A stretch of 46,058 nucleotides of DNA, taken from Macrostomum lignano. Taxonomy: Eukaryota. The translations under genes were made by a program, and so were the position numbers. The first letter of the stretch is position 1. Each line of letters begins with the position of its first letter. Below the pieces are notes generated by a model. It had not been told where the DNA came from. It was given only the letters and a program-made list of their open reading frames with translations, and made no database searches. The stretch lies in assembly GCA_002269645.1 (NCBI GenBank), contig NIVC01001322.1:214061-260118 (forward strand). Reading direction: 5' to 3'. Positions 1 through 12,405 of this stretch are shown here, one piece after another.

Positions 1-819
1 TTTCTTGCACTAAGTGGCTCTAAAGCTGGGCATTTTTGCTGTTATAAAGAAAAGCAGAAAGCCTCGAGGGTCGTTTCGAGCTTACAGACCGAAATCTCAT
101 TGTCTGCCAGTCGCAATTGGGTGTGTGCGAGTGTGCGGGTACGATTTGCCTTTCTGCCTTGCTCTTTATTGTGCTGCAAAAGCCCTAAAACCCAACAAGA
201 ACTCCAGTACAGTGCAGCAAGCAGCCCAGCATTCTTCATGCCAGCTTTCTTATTCTCTAAAGCTCGGGCCGCAACTTGTGTGTGTCAAGCGGTGGAGAAG
301 ACTGTAGAGAAGCATTGGGACAACTCATAAACACGGCTCAGATGTAACAGACACTATAGATACACTAACCTCTTTACTGTATAACCGATATGCAAAACCG
401 CCTACGATAGTAGAGGTACAGCTGTCATTCCGCGAAGCCTAATCTCGTACCTCGTAGGATGCAAAGTTCCTTCACTAAGTTTTCTTACCACTTTTTTAAT
501 TTTTTGATGCAATATTAAAAATGCACAGCAACGACGCTTATGAGAGAACCGGCAACAAGTCCCTCTGGCTAATTGACCGGGAAATTTCAGTTAGGGAACG
601 ATTAAGACGTGAAATTTATAAAATATCATCAACTATAGCAGGCAGCAATTGTGGGCGTTATGAAAGTTCATAAAGTAGATAGATAGCGAAAGAGTAAGTC
701 ACGAGCAGTGTGACGATGAATTGAACACAGGCCAAGGCAAACAAATTTCCCAATCAAAATACAATATTTCATACCAGTTTAATTGTAAGTAGCTACCTCT
801 GCAATATTAATCATATATG

Positions 820-1226
<407 letters not shown>

Positions 1227-1437
1227 CAGTTCCTATGGCATCACCGTCAATTGGCTGTGGCATTATCTATCCAATAAGACGCTGCTCTGTATGGAGCATA
1301 TACCGTTTTGTAAGGATTAAATATCTGCAGAAGAGAAACCAGGAGTGTCTCCTAGGGACAGGAAGAGTAGATATCCTGACCAGGAATACGGCGTATTTGC
1401 TAAAAGCCAGCCGCAAAGCTCCTCTACTCTGTTAACG

Positions 1438-4400
1438 ATGCGATTTCTAATATCCATAGCCATAATTCTATGCAGCCAAATGTCGGAGAGAAGCGTCCAC
1501 CTGGCCGCCCCGTCGCGACAGTCGGTTCACATCCTGCTCGTAGGCAGCACAGCCGAACTGTTTTACAACGATGTCTTCTTCTTGAACTATTCGATCGACT
1601 ACGTGAACAGTCGCGAGGATTTGTTTCCGACGATGCAGCTGGTGCCGGAGTTTCGATTCGCTGCAGGGGTCAGTGCTGCTATTGCTGCTGAATGCTCACT
1701 TGAAATTAATTTGTTGCTTTTACATGTACTCTTGGCAATTAGTTTTTCGCCTCTTTGACTTCCGGAGGTCGATGCCATTTGCTCAGAACTTGCTTGTTGG
1801 GACCTCTCGTTGTGTCCCAACAAGGAAAGTAAAGATTCGTCTCTCTCTTTCTGATCGTTTGATCTGGTAGGCCTGTTTCTTTTTCTCTTTGTTTCTGCAG
1901 CTACTTTTTGCTGCTGCCAAATCAATACGGTACACTTGTATAAGAATAAGCAATGGAGCAAAAACACAAGTACGAGCGTATGTATGCTACCGGTTTCAAT
2001 GTCTCTCAACGCATGCAGTCAGATTTGTCCAATTAATATTAACGAAATTTCAATTTGACAATTCACGAATGCTGAATGCTTTTTAAATTATTGCAGTTAT
2101 CCAAACATCCACACTATGCATCCACATAGGCTGTAAAAGCAAGTTTTGCACCCCCCCCTGCTCACTGGCACTGCTTATCCCCGAGACAACAATCGCCAGG
2201 CAACACAGAAGCGCATTCTAATAAAACAAATATTAGCTTTGTTTCGATTTTCTTCCGCAGCAAAAATCTGGGAGCGCTTCCAAAGCATTCATTGACGGCT
2301 ACCTGAGGGGCTTTAACAAGGCGATATTGCTGGGAGCGACCTACTCTCATCAGTCCCAGGTTGTTGCTGACCTGGCTCAGTATTATTACCTGCCTCAGGT
2401 GAGCTTAAATAAAAATGCAATAAAGTAATGCAATGTAGGACTTCCGTGAGAGTGTAATTAACCAACTGGAAGGGGTTATGATTCCTAAGTGCCATGCTAA
2501 ATACGAGTCATAGAAGTCACTCTCGAGCAAGTGGCTTTCTAAATAAATGACGAATCACCCAGCCAACCACTACTGATTGCTCTCATCCAGATCGGGTACT
2601 CGAACACATCGCCAGCTCTAAGCGACAAGGCAACTTATCCGTTCTTCATCAGAATGGCCATCACCAATAGCATATATATTGCGCCAGCTGTTAACCTACT
2701 AAAACTGTTCCGCTGGAAAAAGATTGGAATTATCACTACAGATTCGCCAATTTTTTATCCGGTATGTTTATCTTGGATTAGTTAAAACAAACTTTGCAGT
2801 TTAAATATGCTATACGGAAGTTTTGTGCATTTATATGTGTTAACTACAGTGTCACGCTATGAAATAAGTATCAAGTTTCTACAGTCTATTCGGGCTCATA
2901 CGCATTACAACTTAAATAATCTAAGCAAGTTGTAAAAAGGGACAAAGATGAATTCAATTTATCCATGGTCGTGAAGTCAGCCAATGCAGCATTTACATGT
3001 AACTTGGTTTAAATCTGCGCCTGTAAAATTCGGTCACATGCAGCTCCGTGATGCCTATGTTAACTAACAATATCATGCAACGTCAGAAAATTTGATCAAG
3101 TATTTCTAAAAAAACAAAATAAAAACGCCTAAAATTGCTTTTAGGCAAGCATGGTCCTTTCAACTAATCTATTTTGCGTTCAATACAGCGGAACAAAACG
3201 GAATCCGTCAAGTAATAATCGTTGCTTTTATCGGAGAGAAGATGGTAATGAGATGATAGGATAGCAATTTTGTATGATCAAGCGAGCATGTTTTAAAATA
3301 TTTAGGGCTGCTCAATGGGCTTTTCTATAGCTGTTGACAGCCGATAGCTAAGCAGGGAATTACGTGCTGAAGTAGACTCATACGATATCGGAATTGAAAG
3401 GGAGAAATTTTTTATTGTAGCCTTCGTTTCCCAATTCTTCATCCGGGCTCAATATAGTATAATTATAGAAGCTTTTGCTCGTACATCTCATGCCAATGCA
3501 ATTTGTTTTAACAATTACCCATACAATAGAATATTCAGAGCTTTATTCTCTTAAGTCTTTACTTAAATAGGCTTTCCACTCGGGCGAATGAAGACAAAAA
3601 ACAGAATCTTCTGGATCGGTTTTCGCCCGGGACGGTTATTGCTGCCTCATCTGTCTCTTCTGCAACTTCTGCCTATAGCGTCTGTGCCCAGCAGTGATCG
3701 AGTCAAATCTGATTTTCTAAAGCTAGAAAGAATTTACTGATGCTTAACCTACATATATGACGGTTCACACTAAATTCCTAGGCTCCTTCTTTTCTAGTGG
3801 AACGATAGTCTATGGCCAAACCTCACTAAAAACGAAGCCTAAGAACTCAAAACGAGGCCTGTTAACCGGTTAACAGGCCTAATAACAAGGCCTGAGAACA
3901 TTTTAGTACGACTATAATTTGTCAGTTAGTCCATTAGAAGTATAAACTATCAACAGCAGTAAAGACCGATTCATTCTTGCCGATTCACTCGAACATGATT
4001 TCTACGGTGTTGGTGTCACCGTGGACAGTCATGCGCATCTTCTTGGTAGTACCCTCAGACACGACATCTTGCTCATTGGTCCGCCCATTGGACTCCACGG
4101 CTCCTCCGGCGTGTAGAGCGTAGGTCATACGCGAATGGTCCTGGACGTCTAGCCGTATGTAACTCTCAATTGCGTTGGACGAATGTTCAGTGACGCGGGC
4201 TATATCGTCCCTAGCCAGTCCAGCCCGATGCAACGTGCTGGCACATGTCTTCCTTAGAGACTGGTTTGAGAATTTACCATCCGTAGACACGGGCTTGGTG
4301 ATATTCGCCACAATGGAGTCGAGAGTATTCCGGCCGATAGGTCCATTCTGGTACAATCTGTCGCTCTTAATGGCAGACTCACTTCGAAACCAAGTCAGAA

Positions 4401-7400
4401 AGAGGTTCTCGTGCTTACATTGCTCCGGTCGGTAGCCGTCGTTGATTTTATAGATGCACGGAAGGCAGCGCTCATGATCTGGGGTGTGCCCAAGCTGCCC
4501 AAACCTTTCCTTTATCGCTTTTAATTTAAGCATCGAATCTTTTACTTTAATTTTTATGTTTATGGTTAAATGTGGGGGGGCTGCGCCCCCCACACCCCCG
4601 CTTTTGACGAATACCTCACTCCCACTCCCAGTCGCTTCCAATATCTGTAGATTAAGTACGATCTTCGTCTGTTCTTTTGGTGTCTATGGCAGAAAGACCT
4701 CGGACGCAATTCTAAGGCCTCGGCTTCGCCTCGGCCTGAGAACAGCGTCCTCGGCCTTTCTCTGCCATAGGAACCAAAAGAACAGACAAAGATTATATAC
4801 TTCCTTTTGTTGTGTATAAGTATTCTAAGCTTGTTTTTCAGTCGAGTTTCTCAGTCCGAAATTTGCGTGTTGTCTCTGGCACAACCTGTCTTTATACGTA
4901 GCGATTTTAAGTAAAAAGCGTAATCCAATTGCAGCAATTGGGACATGAAACTAACCATGTTGCTGTTATGACCAACCTGAGGGGTTAGTGTAAGAGCATT
5001 GTGTTGCTCTGTTTTTGGTACACTGCACCTTCTAGAGTTCCACAATATTTCGCTGATTCGCTATTTTGAAAGCGGGGCAGAAGCAGTCTTGAAGATGAGA
5101 GTCGGTCAGGACGCCAATCAACTGCAGTGACAAAGGAAAATGCTGCAAAGAGAACGGTTGTGAAGGACAGGAGAGTGACATCCAGGAGATTCGAGAGACG
5201 CTCGGCATTGAATCGGCAACAGTGACATCCATATCGAACGATCAATCTGGGTGTCACCCAGCGATGTGCCGTTTGGATGCCAGACAACGTCTCTCAAATC
5301 CGTCTTATTCTCCTGACCTAGAATCCTGCGACGTCTTTCGCTTCAATCACGTCAAGAGTGCGAGGAACTCAATTTTAGTAATCTACGAAGATGCTCTCAT
5401 GGAGTTGTCTCAGGAGAAGTGGGTTGGAACCTTCGCGAGTTGGTCTGAGAGGATAGCCAAATGCATACAGGCAATTGAGAACAACTTGAGAAGTTCTGAT
5501 AAAGAAATCAACTGGCCAGGTCTCAAGACTTTCAGTATGACCCTCGTACAAGCACCCGAAAAAATCAACCCTGTTCCGTAGATAACACTGGAGCTGGAGG
5601 CCACTCTGACTGCGCAGAACATCACGTCCTATCAGAAAGCAATCTTTAGCAACGACGCCACTGACGCCATCAATCGACTTGTGGTAAGAGTAGCTACTCA
5701 AGTAGTTTATAAATCAACGGTGCGCACAGAACTTATAACGGTTTTATCTTTTTTTCTACGCAGAAAAATGACATTCGAATCTTTGTTGTGGTGCGCAGCA
5801 TGGCCGAAGAGAGTCCAGACAAACGATTCGACTGTCTAGTGAGTTGAATTTTTATGGCTTGAAATATTTCGCGTTGAAATTCATTAGCGAGATAGATCTG
5901 TAATGTTCGGAACTAGGATCGAATTTAGTTTCAATTAGATAGTTAATAAGTCTTCAGGAAGCTTCGGGCACTGACGCCTTTGGCACCTTTGGCGCCTGTG
6001 TAAAACGCGATAACCCCTGCTCTTTGATGTCCAAGTGTAACTTGTTTTGTCTGTAATCTGACTTGAAGTGTTACGTTCTCTTCGTAAAATTGATTATTGT
6101 GTTACAATTAATAAAACAAAAACTAGGGCTCTGTACGTCGTAATACGCTCGTAGAACTTCAAATCAACGTCTACCTGTTCCGCAGATCAAAAAGATAGGC
6201 GCCTATGGCCCAAAGTACCAGTGGCTGCAGATTGGCTTTCCATTCACAAGCCGGATGCAAGTTGAGCAGTCCTGCCCAGACTCCGATAGGCAGCTTGCCA
6301 TGGAGGGCTCTATTGAATTCGATAGCGACGTCAATGATCCTGCTGTGATTCACCCTGCCGACATCACTGGTCGGGTAAGCTCACTGCTAGGTCAAAATCC
6401 AACTCAAAAGTTTCCCGAATTTGATTCGTTCATTTTTCGTTTGTTCGTTTGCATCATAACAAATTGAGTCATTTCATTTAGGTTGTAGCCAGAGGGGTTG
6501 TAGACTAGTGGTTGGAGCGTCGGCTCAATATTATCTCGCATACGAGTATGACTGCCTTCAGCGTTCAGCTACTCAACGCGAACGTGAACGCGAGAGCGGA
6601 ACCTTCCAGTTGGAGTCGCCAAGGGCGCAACAGGTCGCTTAGATGGACCAAGCGTTCACAGAGATACAGAGTCAGCGCTTGTAACTCACTCGTTGCCGAT
6701 ATTGAAGCAAGCCATCGTGCGCTACGTCAACCTACTGTTCAAATGAGTCTGTCCGGACTCGGATGAAAACCTTAGATAACTCTTTTTGTAAAATTTCAGA
6801 CCCGGAACGAAAGCTTCCAGGATTTTATGCTGGAATTCGGTAACCAGACGGTGGCACCACAGCAGACGAGCATTCTCGGCTTCGACCTTCGTTTCGACGC
6901 GGTCATGGCCGCCGCCCTGGCCATTAATGCCACCCTGGCCGACGGTGGGAACTACACGGCTCAACCTGTGCAGCTTGGCGATGACGCATTCAAACGCCGG
7001 CTATTTAGCAACGTTCTTCGTCTGGACTTTGCTGGTCTGTCGGTGGGTGATTTTGTCTTGAAAAGACGGTCTAACCTAACCAATATTCGCACTTAATGAT
7101 ATCTGACACCTCATAATTTGAGTGCTTCAAAGAGATTCTTTATTTTAGATTTCAGGCACGCACTCATACACACACTCACACAGGGTGCACAGGGTCCTGA
7201 AATTTTATTCCTTTGACATGTACGCTCTGCGTGTCTTGGGGGTTGGCCCCCATGAGTCAGTTTTATTCTGTACGGCTTCTGTTAGTTTGTCTATGGTAAA
7301 ACCTTGCTTATGCTTGTAAGGTTTTTTTATGAAACTGTTTATAACTGCAATCGCAATTATTGCATAACTTTCAGGGTCGAGTAAAGTTCGACTCAAGAGG

Positions 7401-10400
7401 CGATCGAACTGCTAAGATTTACATCTACCAGATTCGAGGTAACTGAGGTGCCGATTAAACTGAAAATAATTATTGAAAACACATATTAATTTGCATATTA
7501 TCAGAGACGCTTTTAGTACATAACCATGTGATTGATTCAAAACGTTTCAGCGTCAATCATATCGTTTTTTACGTTTCTCGTAAAATGTATTGTTTTTGAA
7601 CGAAAATTTCTTAACTAGCTACCCTCAACTTATGCAGGTCTTGCGCGGGACTTGATTGGCATCTATGAGCCAACGACAGGTGCCACTGATTGGCAGAAAT
7701 CCTTTTGGTTTGCAGGTGAGACAATACAATGTGTAGCTAAGAAAGTGATTTTCATAGCTCTTTTGAGAGATATAGTCACTACTCAGTTTCGCTGCTTAGC
7801 ATAAATAAAACGAAAATAATGATCATTTTCATTTTACTCCTAGATGGAGTTAAATATATAGATATGGCTTTTCTAAATTAATAAATGGACAATATTCCAT
7901 TAAAATCTGCGCGTAACCCGTATGCCAGCAGAGCTCAAATAAAACCAATCAATATTCCAATCAATACAAAAATCCATTAGGAATTCTCATTAGAAACAAT
8001 GAATGACAGCATTAAGTCTGCATCTGCAACGATCAAATTCACTTTCGTTGTTAAAATATCCAATCTAATTTGAATTTTTTGGCATCTTACCTTTCTGAAC
8101 CTTAAAATATTGAACAATTTTGCTTAGTTATCTACTTCTGTCTCTTTGTTCCCAGTGTCGCACGATACCTTTAGATTTGAGTAGTATGAGTGAACTTGAG
8201 TAGATAGTCAGTTCTCTAAGTCAATGATTTTCTACTCCAACGTCAAAAACAGCCCAGCACTCTAATTCACTTTTTGATGGACATCGTCCATTATTGCCAT
8301 TCAACAACAAAGCGTTGGTCAAACTATTCACCCTTGGGAACAAAATGCACATTTCAAAGCCTAAGCACTTGATAGCATTGAAGATTGACATACCTTGATA
8401 GGCCTACAGAAGCATGTGTGATTTGAAGCACACCTGTCAGTAACTGTGGAGAATAAAACAGCTTTAACCATTAACATGCACAGATCGACTGAATAACCGA
8501 GCACAAAGGAAATGTCTTTTTTTTCAACGTAACCTTTGTTTCAACATTAAAGGCTTTGATAATGTGATTGTACTTGAAAAAAAGGATACGACCACCGTAG
8601 CTTACTTGGGATCGTCTCTGTTTGCGTCATGCTTTTGAGCAATTCTAGGAGCTCATACCGATCTCGATTTAGTACTTAAAGAATATCCGAGGTACCCTAA
8701 GTCTTGCCTATCTTGCTTTTGCATGGGCGCTTGTATGCTCTCAGGAGTCAGATGATGAATTCGCCGCAAAGATGTTATGCCTGGGTGGTCGCAGCTCTAG
8801 TGATACATAGGTAATGTTAACAATTTCACTAACCACTTCATCAGGTGGTTCAGCTCCGGTAGACTCACCCCGTCTAGTCACTCAACTGTCTCGTGTCAGC
8901 CTTCCGGTTGCCTACATTACCGGGGTTCTGTCTGGCCTAGGCGCTTGCCTAGCCATTGCGGCCATGATCGTGAACCTCCTGTATAGAAAAGTCGCACTCA
9001 TTCGCCTGAGCAGTCCCTACGTGAATACAATTATTGGTCTCGGCTGTCTGCTATGCTACGGTGCCTGTCTAGCTATGACTGTGAACGCTCACGTTGACGA
9101 GACGCTACTGAGCCTGTGCTGGCTGCAGCTGGTGTTTCTAGTCTGTGGCTATTCTTGCGCATTTGGCGGAATGCTGGCCAAAACCTGGCGAGTGCATCGC
9201 ATCTTTACTAACAAGCAATTGCGCAAACTGGTAAGGAGACAGTCGGATGGCAGAAAACGAGGTGGTAGAAGCAGAGATGGTAGAAGCAGAGGTGGTAGAA
9301 GCAGAGGTGGTAGAAGCAGAGATGGTAGAACCAGAGATGGTAGAAGTTGCGATTGTATAAGTTGAGATTGTATAAGTTGAGTTTGTAGAAGCAGAGGTGG
9401 TAGAAGCAGAGATGGTAGAAGTTGCGATTGTATAAGTTGAGTTTGTATAAGTTGAGTTTGTATAAGTTGAGTTTGTAGAAGCAGAGGTGGCAGAAGTGGA
9501 GTTGATGGAAATTTTTTCAGTTGATTTCAGTGTTGTTGAATAACTAAGGTTTTCATCGAAACTCCCGCAGGCTATCAAAGACTGGCATCTGTTCATTGTG
9601 ATTCTGGTAATAATTCTGCTGGACGCTGTGATACTGACTGCCTGGGGAGTTGCTGACCCGTACAAACTGCTGGTTTTGCAGCTGAAAGACCAGGTAAGGT
9701 GGTAAACACATTGATAGTAAATTCTCACAGCTGTTTCAATCAATATACTTTCAAAACTTAACGTAACAAAACTCGCCTTTCCATCAGGAAGTGGTGTCTG
9801 ACGGCACTCTGATACAGCAGACTCTAACGGTCTGTCGCTGCAACAACAACTGGCTTTGGAAGGGCATCATTATTGGGATGAAAGGTACTGGATGGTGGGT
9901 GGGTCGGGCTCAGTTCTCTTATAGAATCAAAAGTTTTTGAGTACACTGAAGAAAGATTCGATTGAAGCATTGAAGGTGCTGAAATGATGGAACAGTCTGC
10001 AGAACCCAGGCAGGCATCGTCAAATCAACCTGAACTAAATGGAGTTCCTCTTTGTAGGTACTAAACAGGTTTTTCCATTGCAAACTTCCTCGTGCACTAC
10101 TCCTAAGACTCGTTGTTAGTAGTAAATCATTGACAAAATGATTTAAATGTGATTCAAACAATTTCTGATAAATTGCAGCGATTTTCCTTCTATTCGGCAT
10201 ATTTTTCGCCTGGGAGACTCGAACTGTTCATGTTGAAGTGCTGAACGACTCGAAGACAATTGGAGTTTGCGTGTACAACACCATGGTGATGGGGCTGATC
10301 GGAGTGGTGCTGGACTTCGCCCTGCCGAATAGCGCTGTGGACCTGCGTCACCTTTTGTTGAGCTCTTGCATCATCATCTGCTCAACTACCACCGTGCTGC

Positions 10401-10646
10401 TAGTGTTCGGGGGGAAGGTGAGCCTTATTAAACATGTTGTTGGATGGCCTTGTGGAATGGTGCTCAGTTTCCCATTGAGGACCAGTCCGGCCCTTTGAAG
10501 CGTTGGGGTGAAGCAATTTTAAGGTACCACCGTTCGATGGTATAGATTGTTGTTATGGTCGAAGCGACTATACTTTTTATGACTTTGGCACAAGTTTAAT
10601 AAACTAACTAACTAATTAACTGACTAAATAACTGACTAAATAACTG

Positions 10647-10677
<31 letters not shown>

Positions 10678-10774
10678 GACTAACTAACTAACTGACTAAC
10701 TAACTAACTGACTAACTAACTAACTGACTAACTAACCAACTGACTAACTAACTAACTGACTAACTAACTAACTG

Positions 10775-10860
<86 letters not shown>

Positions 10861-10910
10861 AAATTAACCAACTAACTAACTAACTAACTATCTAACTAAC
10901 TAACTAACTG

Positions 10911-10949
<39 letters not shown>

Positions 10950-11177
10950 GACTAACTAACAAATTAACTAGCTAACTAAATAACTAAAAACCTAATTAGT
11001 AAACTAACTTGCTATCTAAGCCAGTTATTAGGCTCTAAAAGCAGCACTATCAAATTCGATTTGCAGATTGTCGCCCTAGTGAGAGACCGCAACAACCGCG
11101 TGGCAGACGCCAACACGGTCATGATGTCGAGAACTGCTAACTCCGTCAGCGGATCGGCTGATCAAGCGGCTACGTAG
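1438..11177 (+). CDS. GABA-B receptor-like class C GPCR (signal peptide, Venus flytrap domain, 7TM), 14 exons, 748 aa
   Basis: Phase-consistent GT-AG exons: 1438-1668, 2261-2398, 2591-2761, 5582-5683, 5764-5838, 6186-6374, 6800-7042, 7375-7438, 7638-7715, 8845-9230, 9571-9693, 9788-9884, 10179-10417, 11067-11177 (2247 nt). Motifs collinear with GABA-B receptors: DYVNSREDLFP, IGYSNTSPALSDKATYPFFIR, FDAVMAAALAIN, GRVKFDSRGDR, GGSAPVD, LSSPYVN, MLAKTWRVHRIF, AWETR, LNDSK. Confidence 0.93.
3855..3880. repeat. 26-bp perfect palindrome AGGCCTGTTAACCGGTTAACAGGCCT
   Basis: The sequence equals its own reverse complement; it lies about 100 bp beyond the YR stop codon. Confidence 0.97.
3985..4641 (-). 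pseudogene. C-terminal half of a Crypton/DUF3504-type tyrosine recombinase
   Basis: ERCLPCIYK...YQNGPIGRNTL...KFSNQSLRKTCASTLHRAG...IARVTEHSSNAIESY matches the Crypton/KCTD1/ZMYM-type YR pattern (W-Y-x-x-x-P-x-G-x-N-T-L, NHSLR, TGH, catalytic Y). The N-terminal part with the first catalytic Arg is not present. Confidence 0.8.
4661..4793. repeat. 133-bp imperfect palindrome (long hairpin)
   Basis: Arms: 4661-4680 vs 4774-4793 (19/20), CTATGGCAGA vs TCTGCCATAG, GGACGC vs GCGTCC, AGGCC vs GGCCT, and apex GGC-TTC-GCC. Confidence 0.93.
5290..5500 (+). mobile_element. Degenerate Tc1/mariner transposase C-terminal remnant
   Basis: PSYSPDLESCDVFRF resembles the mariner YSPDLAPxD motif, and WSERIAKCIQA resembles the terminal W..R..KC motif. 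No TIRs were found. Confidence 0.7.
9246..9500. repeat. 15-bp minisatellite (GGTAGAAGCAGAGRT, with GTTTGTATAAGTTGA variants) in GPCR intron 10
   Basis: Two interleaved 15-bp unit types, starting just after the donor at 9231. Confidence 0.9.
10602..10987. repeat. (ACTA)n microsatellite in GPCR intron 13
   Basis: Long TAAC run with ACTG variants. Confidence 0.97.
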
Positions 11178-11504
11178 AGGCAGCTGGAATCGCTCGAATG
11201 AGATTTAATCTGAAGTACTTTGAATTTGTAGCTTCAGATGCCACACGGCTTTACTATTGATTGTAAGGTTCTGTACAATGAATCTATTGTGCGAAGGAAT
11301 ATTCCGTAAATATTCGACGTTTTTGGTAAAATTAATTCAAAATCTAGTCTTTAGTAGTAAATTTAATGTATCGAGTTTGACAACACTAGTTTTAAGCTTT
11401 TTTCGAAGCCTAAAAAATAGAAAAGCGAAAATGTCCGACTCTTTAAAGATATAAAAATTTTGAGCGTACTTAAATTTTGTGTTTAACTTTTTTTAGCTTC
11501 AGAG

Positions 11505-11880
11505 GGCTGGACTAAAGGAAAGACAGAGGGTGGGTGTTGCCTGTGGGTGCGGCCTGTGGAGCTGGACTGAAGGATAGAGAGGAGGGGTGGGTGTTGGGTG
11601 TGGCCTGCGGGAGCTGGACTGAAGGACAGAGAGGAGGGGTGGGTGTTGGGGTGTGGCCTGTGGGGGATGAACTGAAGGATAGAGAGGAGGGGTGGGTGTT
11701 GGGTGTGGCCTGTGGGGGCTGAAATGAAGGATAGAGAGGAGGGATGAGTGTTGAGTGTGGCCCGCGGGGGCTGGACTGAAGGATAGACAGAAGAAGTGGG
11801 TGTTGGGTGTGGCCTGTGGGGGCTGAAATGAAGGATAGAGAGGAGGGGTGGGTGTTGGGGTGTGGCCTGTGGCGCCTGGA
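11505..11880. repeat. ~52-bp G-rich minisatellite, ~7 copies
   Basis: Unit GCTGGACTGAAGGATAGAGAGGAGGGGTGGGTGTTGGGTGTGGCCTGYGGGR. Confidence 0.92.
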
Positions 11881-12405
11881 CTACAATATTGGGGTTAAAT
11901 TAAAAATTCAGATCAGTATTAAGTCGAAACAGCGCATTAGTTGCAAAATTTTTAACAGCTAAAATAGAAATTCTCTGTTTAAGTAAACTGAAGGCGTGAT
12001 TTTTATTAATGTATATAAAAACAATTGATTGTAAGCCGGTGAGCAGTGGTCCTGTACTAGTAGCATCATATGCATATGCACACTCTACTGTCTATGATTC
12101 TACTAAAATATCTAGATGCATAAATAGATAGGCAAATCTACCAATTGAAGCAGACGGCATCATAGAAAGGGGCTACTAAATACAATACGCTCGTAAAATA
12201 TATTCAGCTACATAAATGGAGCGCATTTAGCATCGAAGACGCCATAGGGAAATTTTAGAAAATTGGAAATCAACTTGTTAAGAGATTCTACCTAATTTAA
12301 ACTTTGAAAGCCAGAGAAAGCAAAATTCACATTTTAAATTTACACTACTTAAATACGAGAAGTAGAAGTAGTCAGTAGTATAAATTAAATCACGCAACAA
12401 AAACG

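Larger units (their letters stand above)
3808..4793 (-). mobile_element. Crypton-like (tyrosine recombinase, DUF3504-type) DNA element in GPCR intron 3; boundaries approximate
   Basis: A YR-like ORF is bracketed by two related palindromic ends that share GTCTATGGC (3808, 4682) and GGCCTGAGAACA (3889, 4733). Confidence 0.7.

Noticed and set aside
14-330. Short ORFs at the window start
   Set aside because: No recognisable motif, and no convincing splice sites link them to a gene.
3145-3560. Candidate GPCR exons in intron 3 (AEQNGIRQV..., LSRELRAEV...)
   Set aside because: Wrong phase or no donor. Exons 5582-5683 and 5764-5838 fit the family alignment and phases exactly.
4500-4641. N-terminus of the YR ORF as genuine coding sequence
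   Set aside because: It runs through a GC hairpin-like motif (4571-4600) and an A-rich tract, with no YR similarity. It is probably non-coding sequence that happens to be open.
5245-5275. AHRWVTPRL on the minus strand resembling mariner WVPHEL
   Set aside because: Opposite strand to the YSPDL remnant and too short; probably chance.
6490-6540. tRNA A-box-like TAGACTAGTGG
   Set aside because: No B box or cloverleaf follows.
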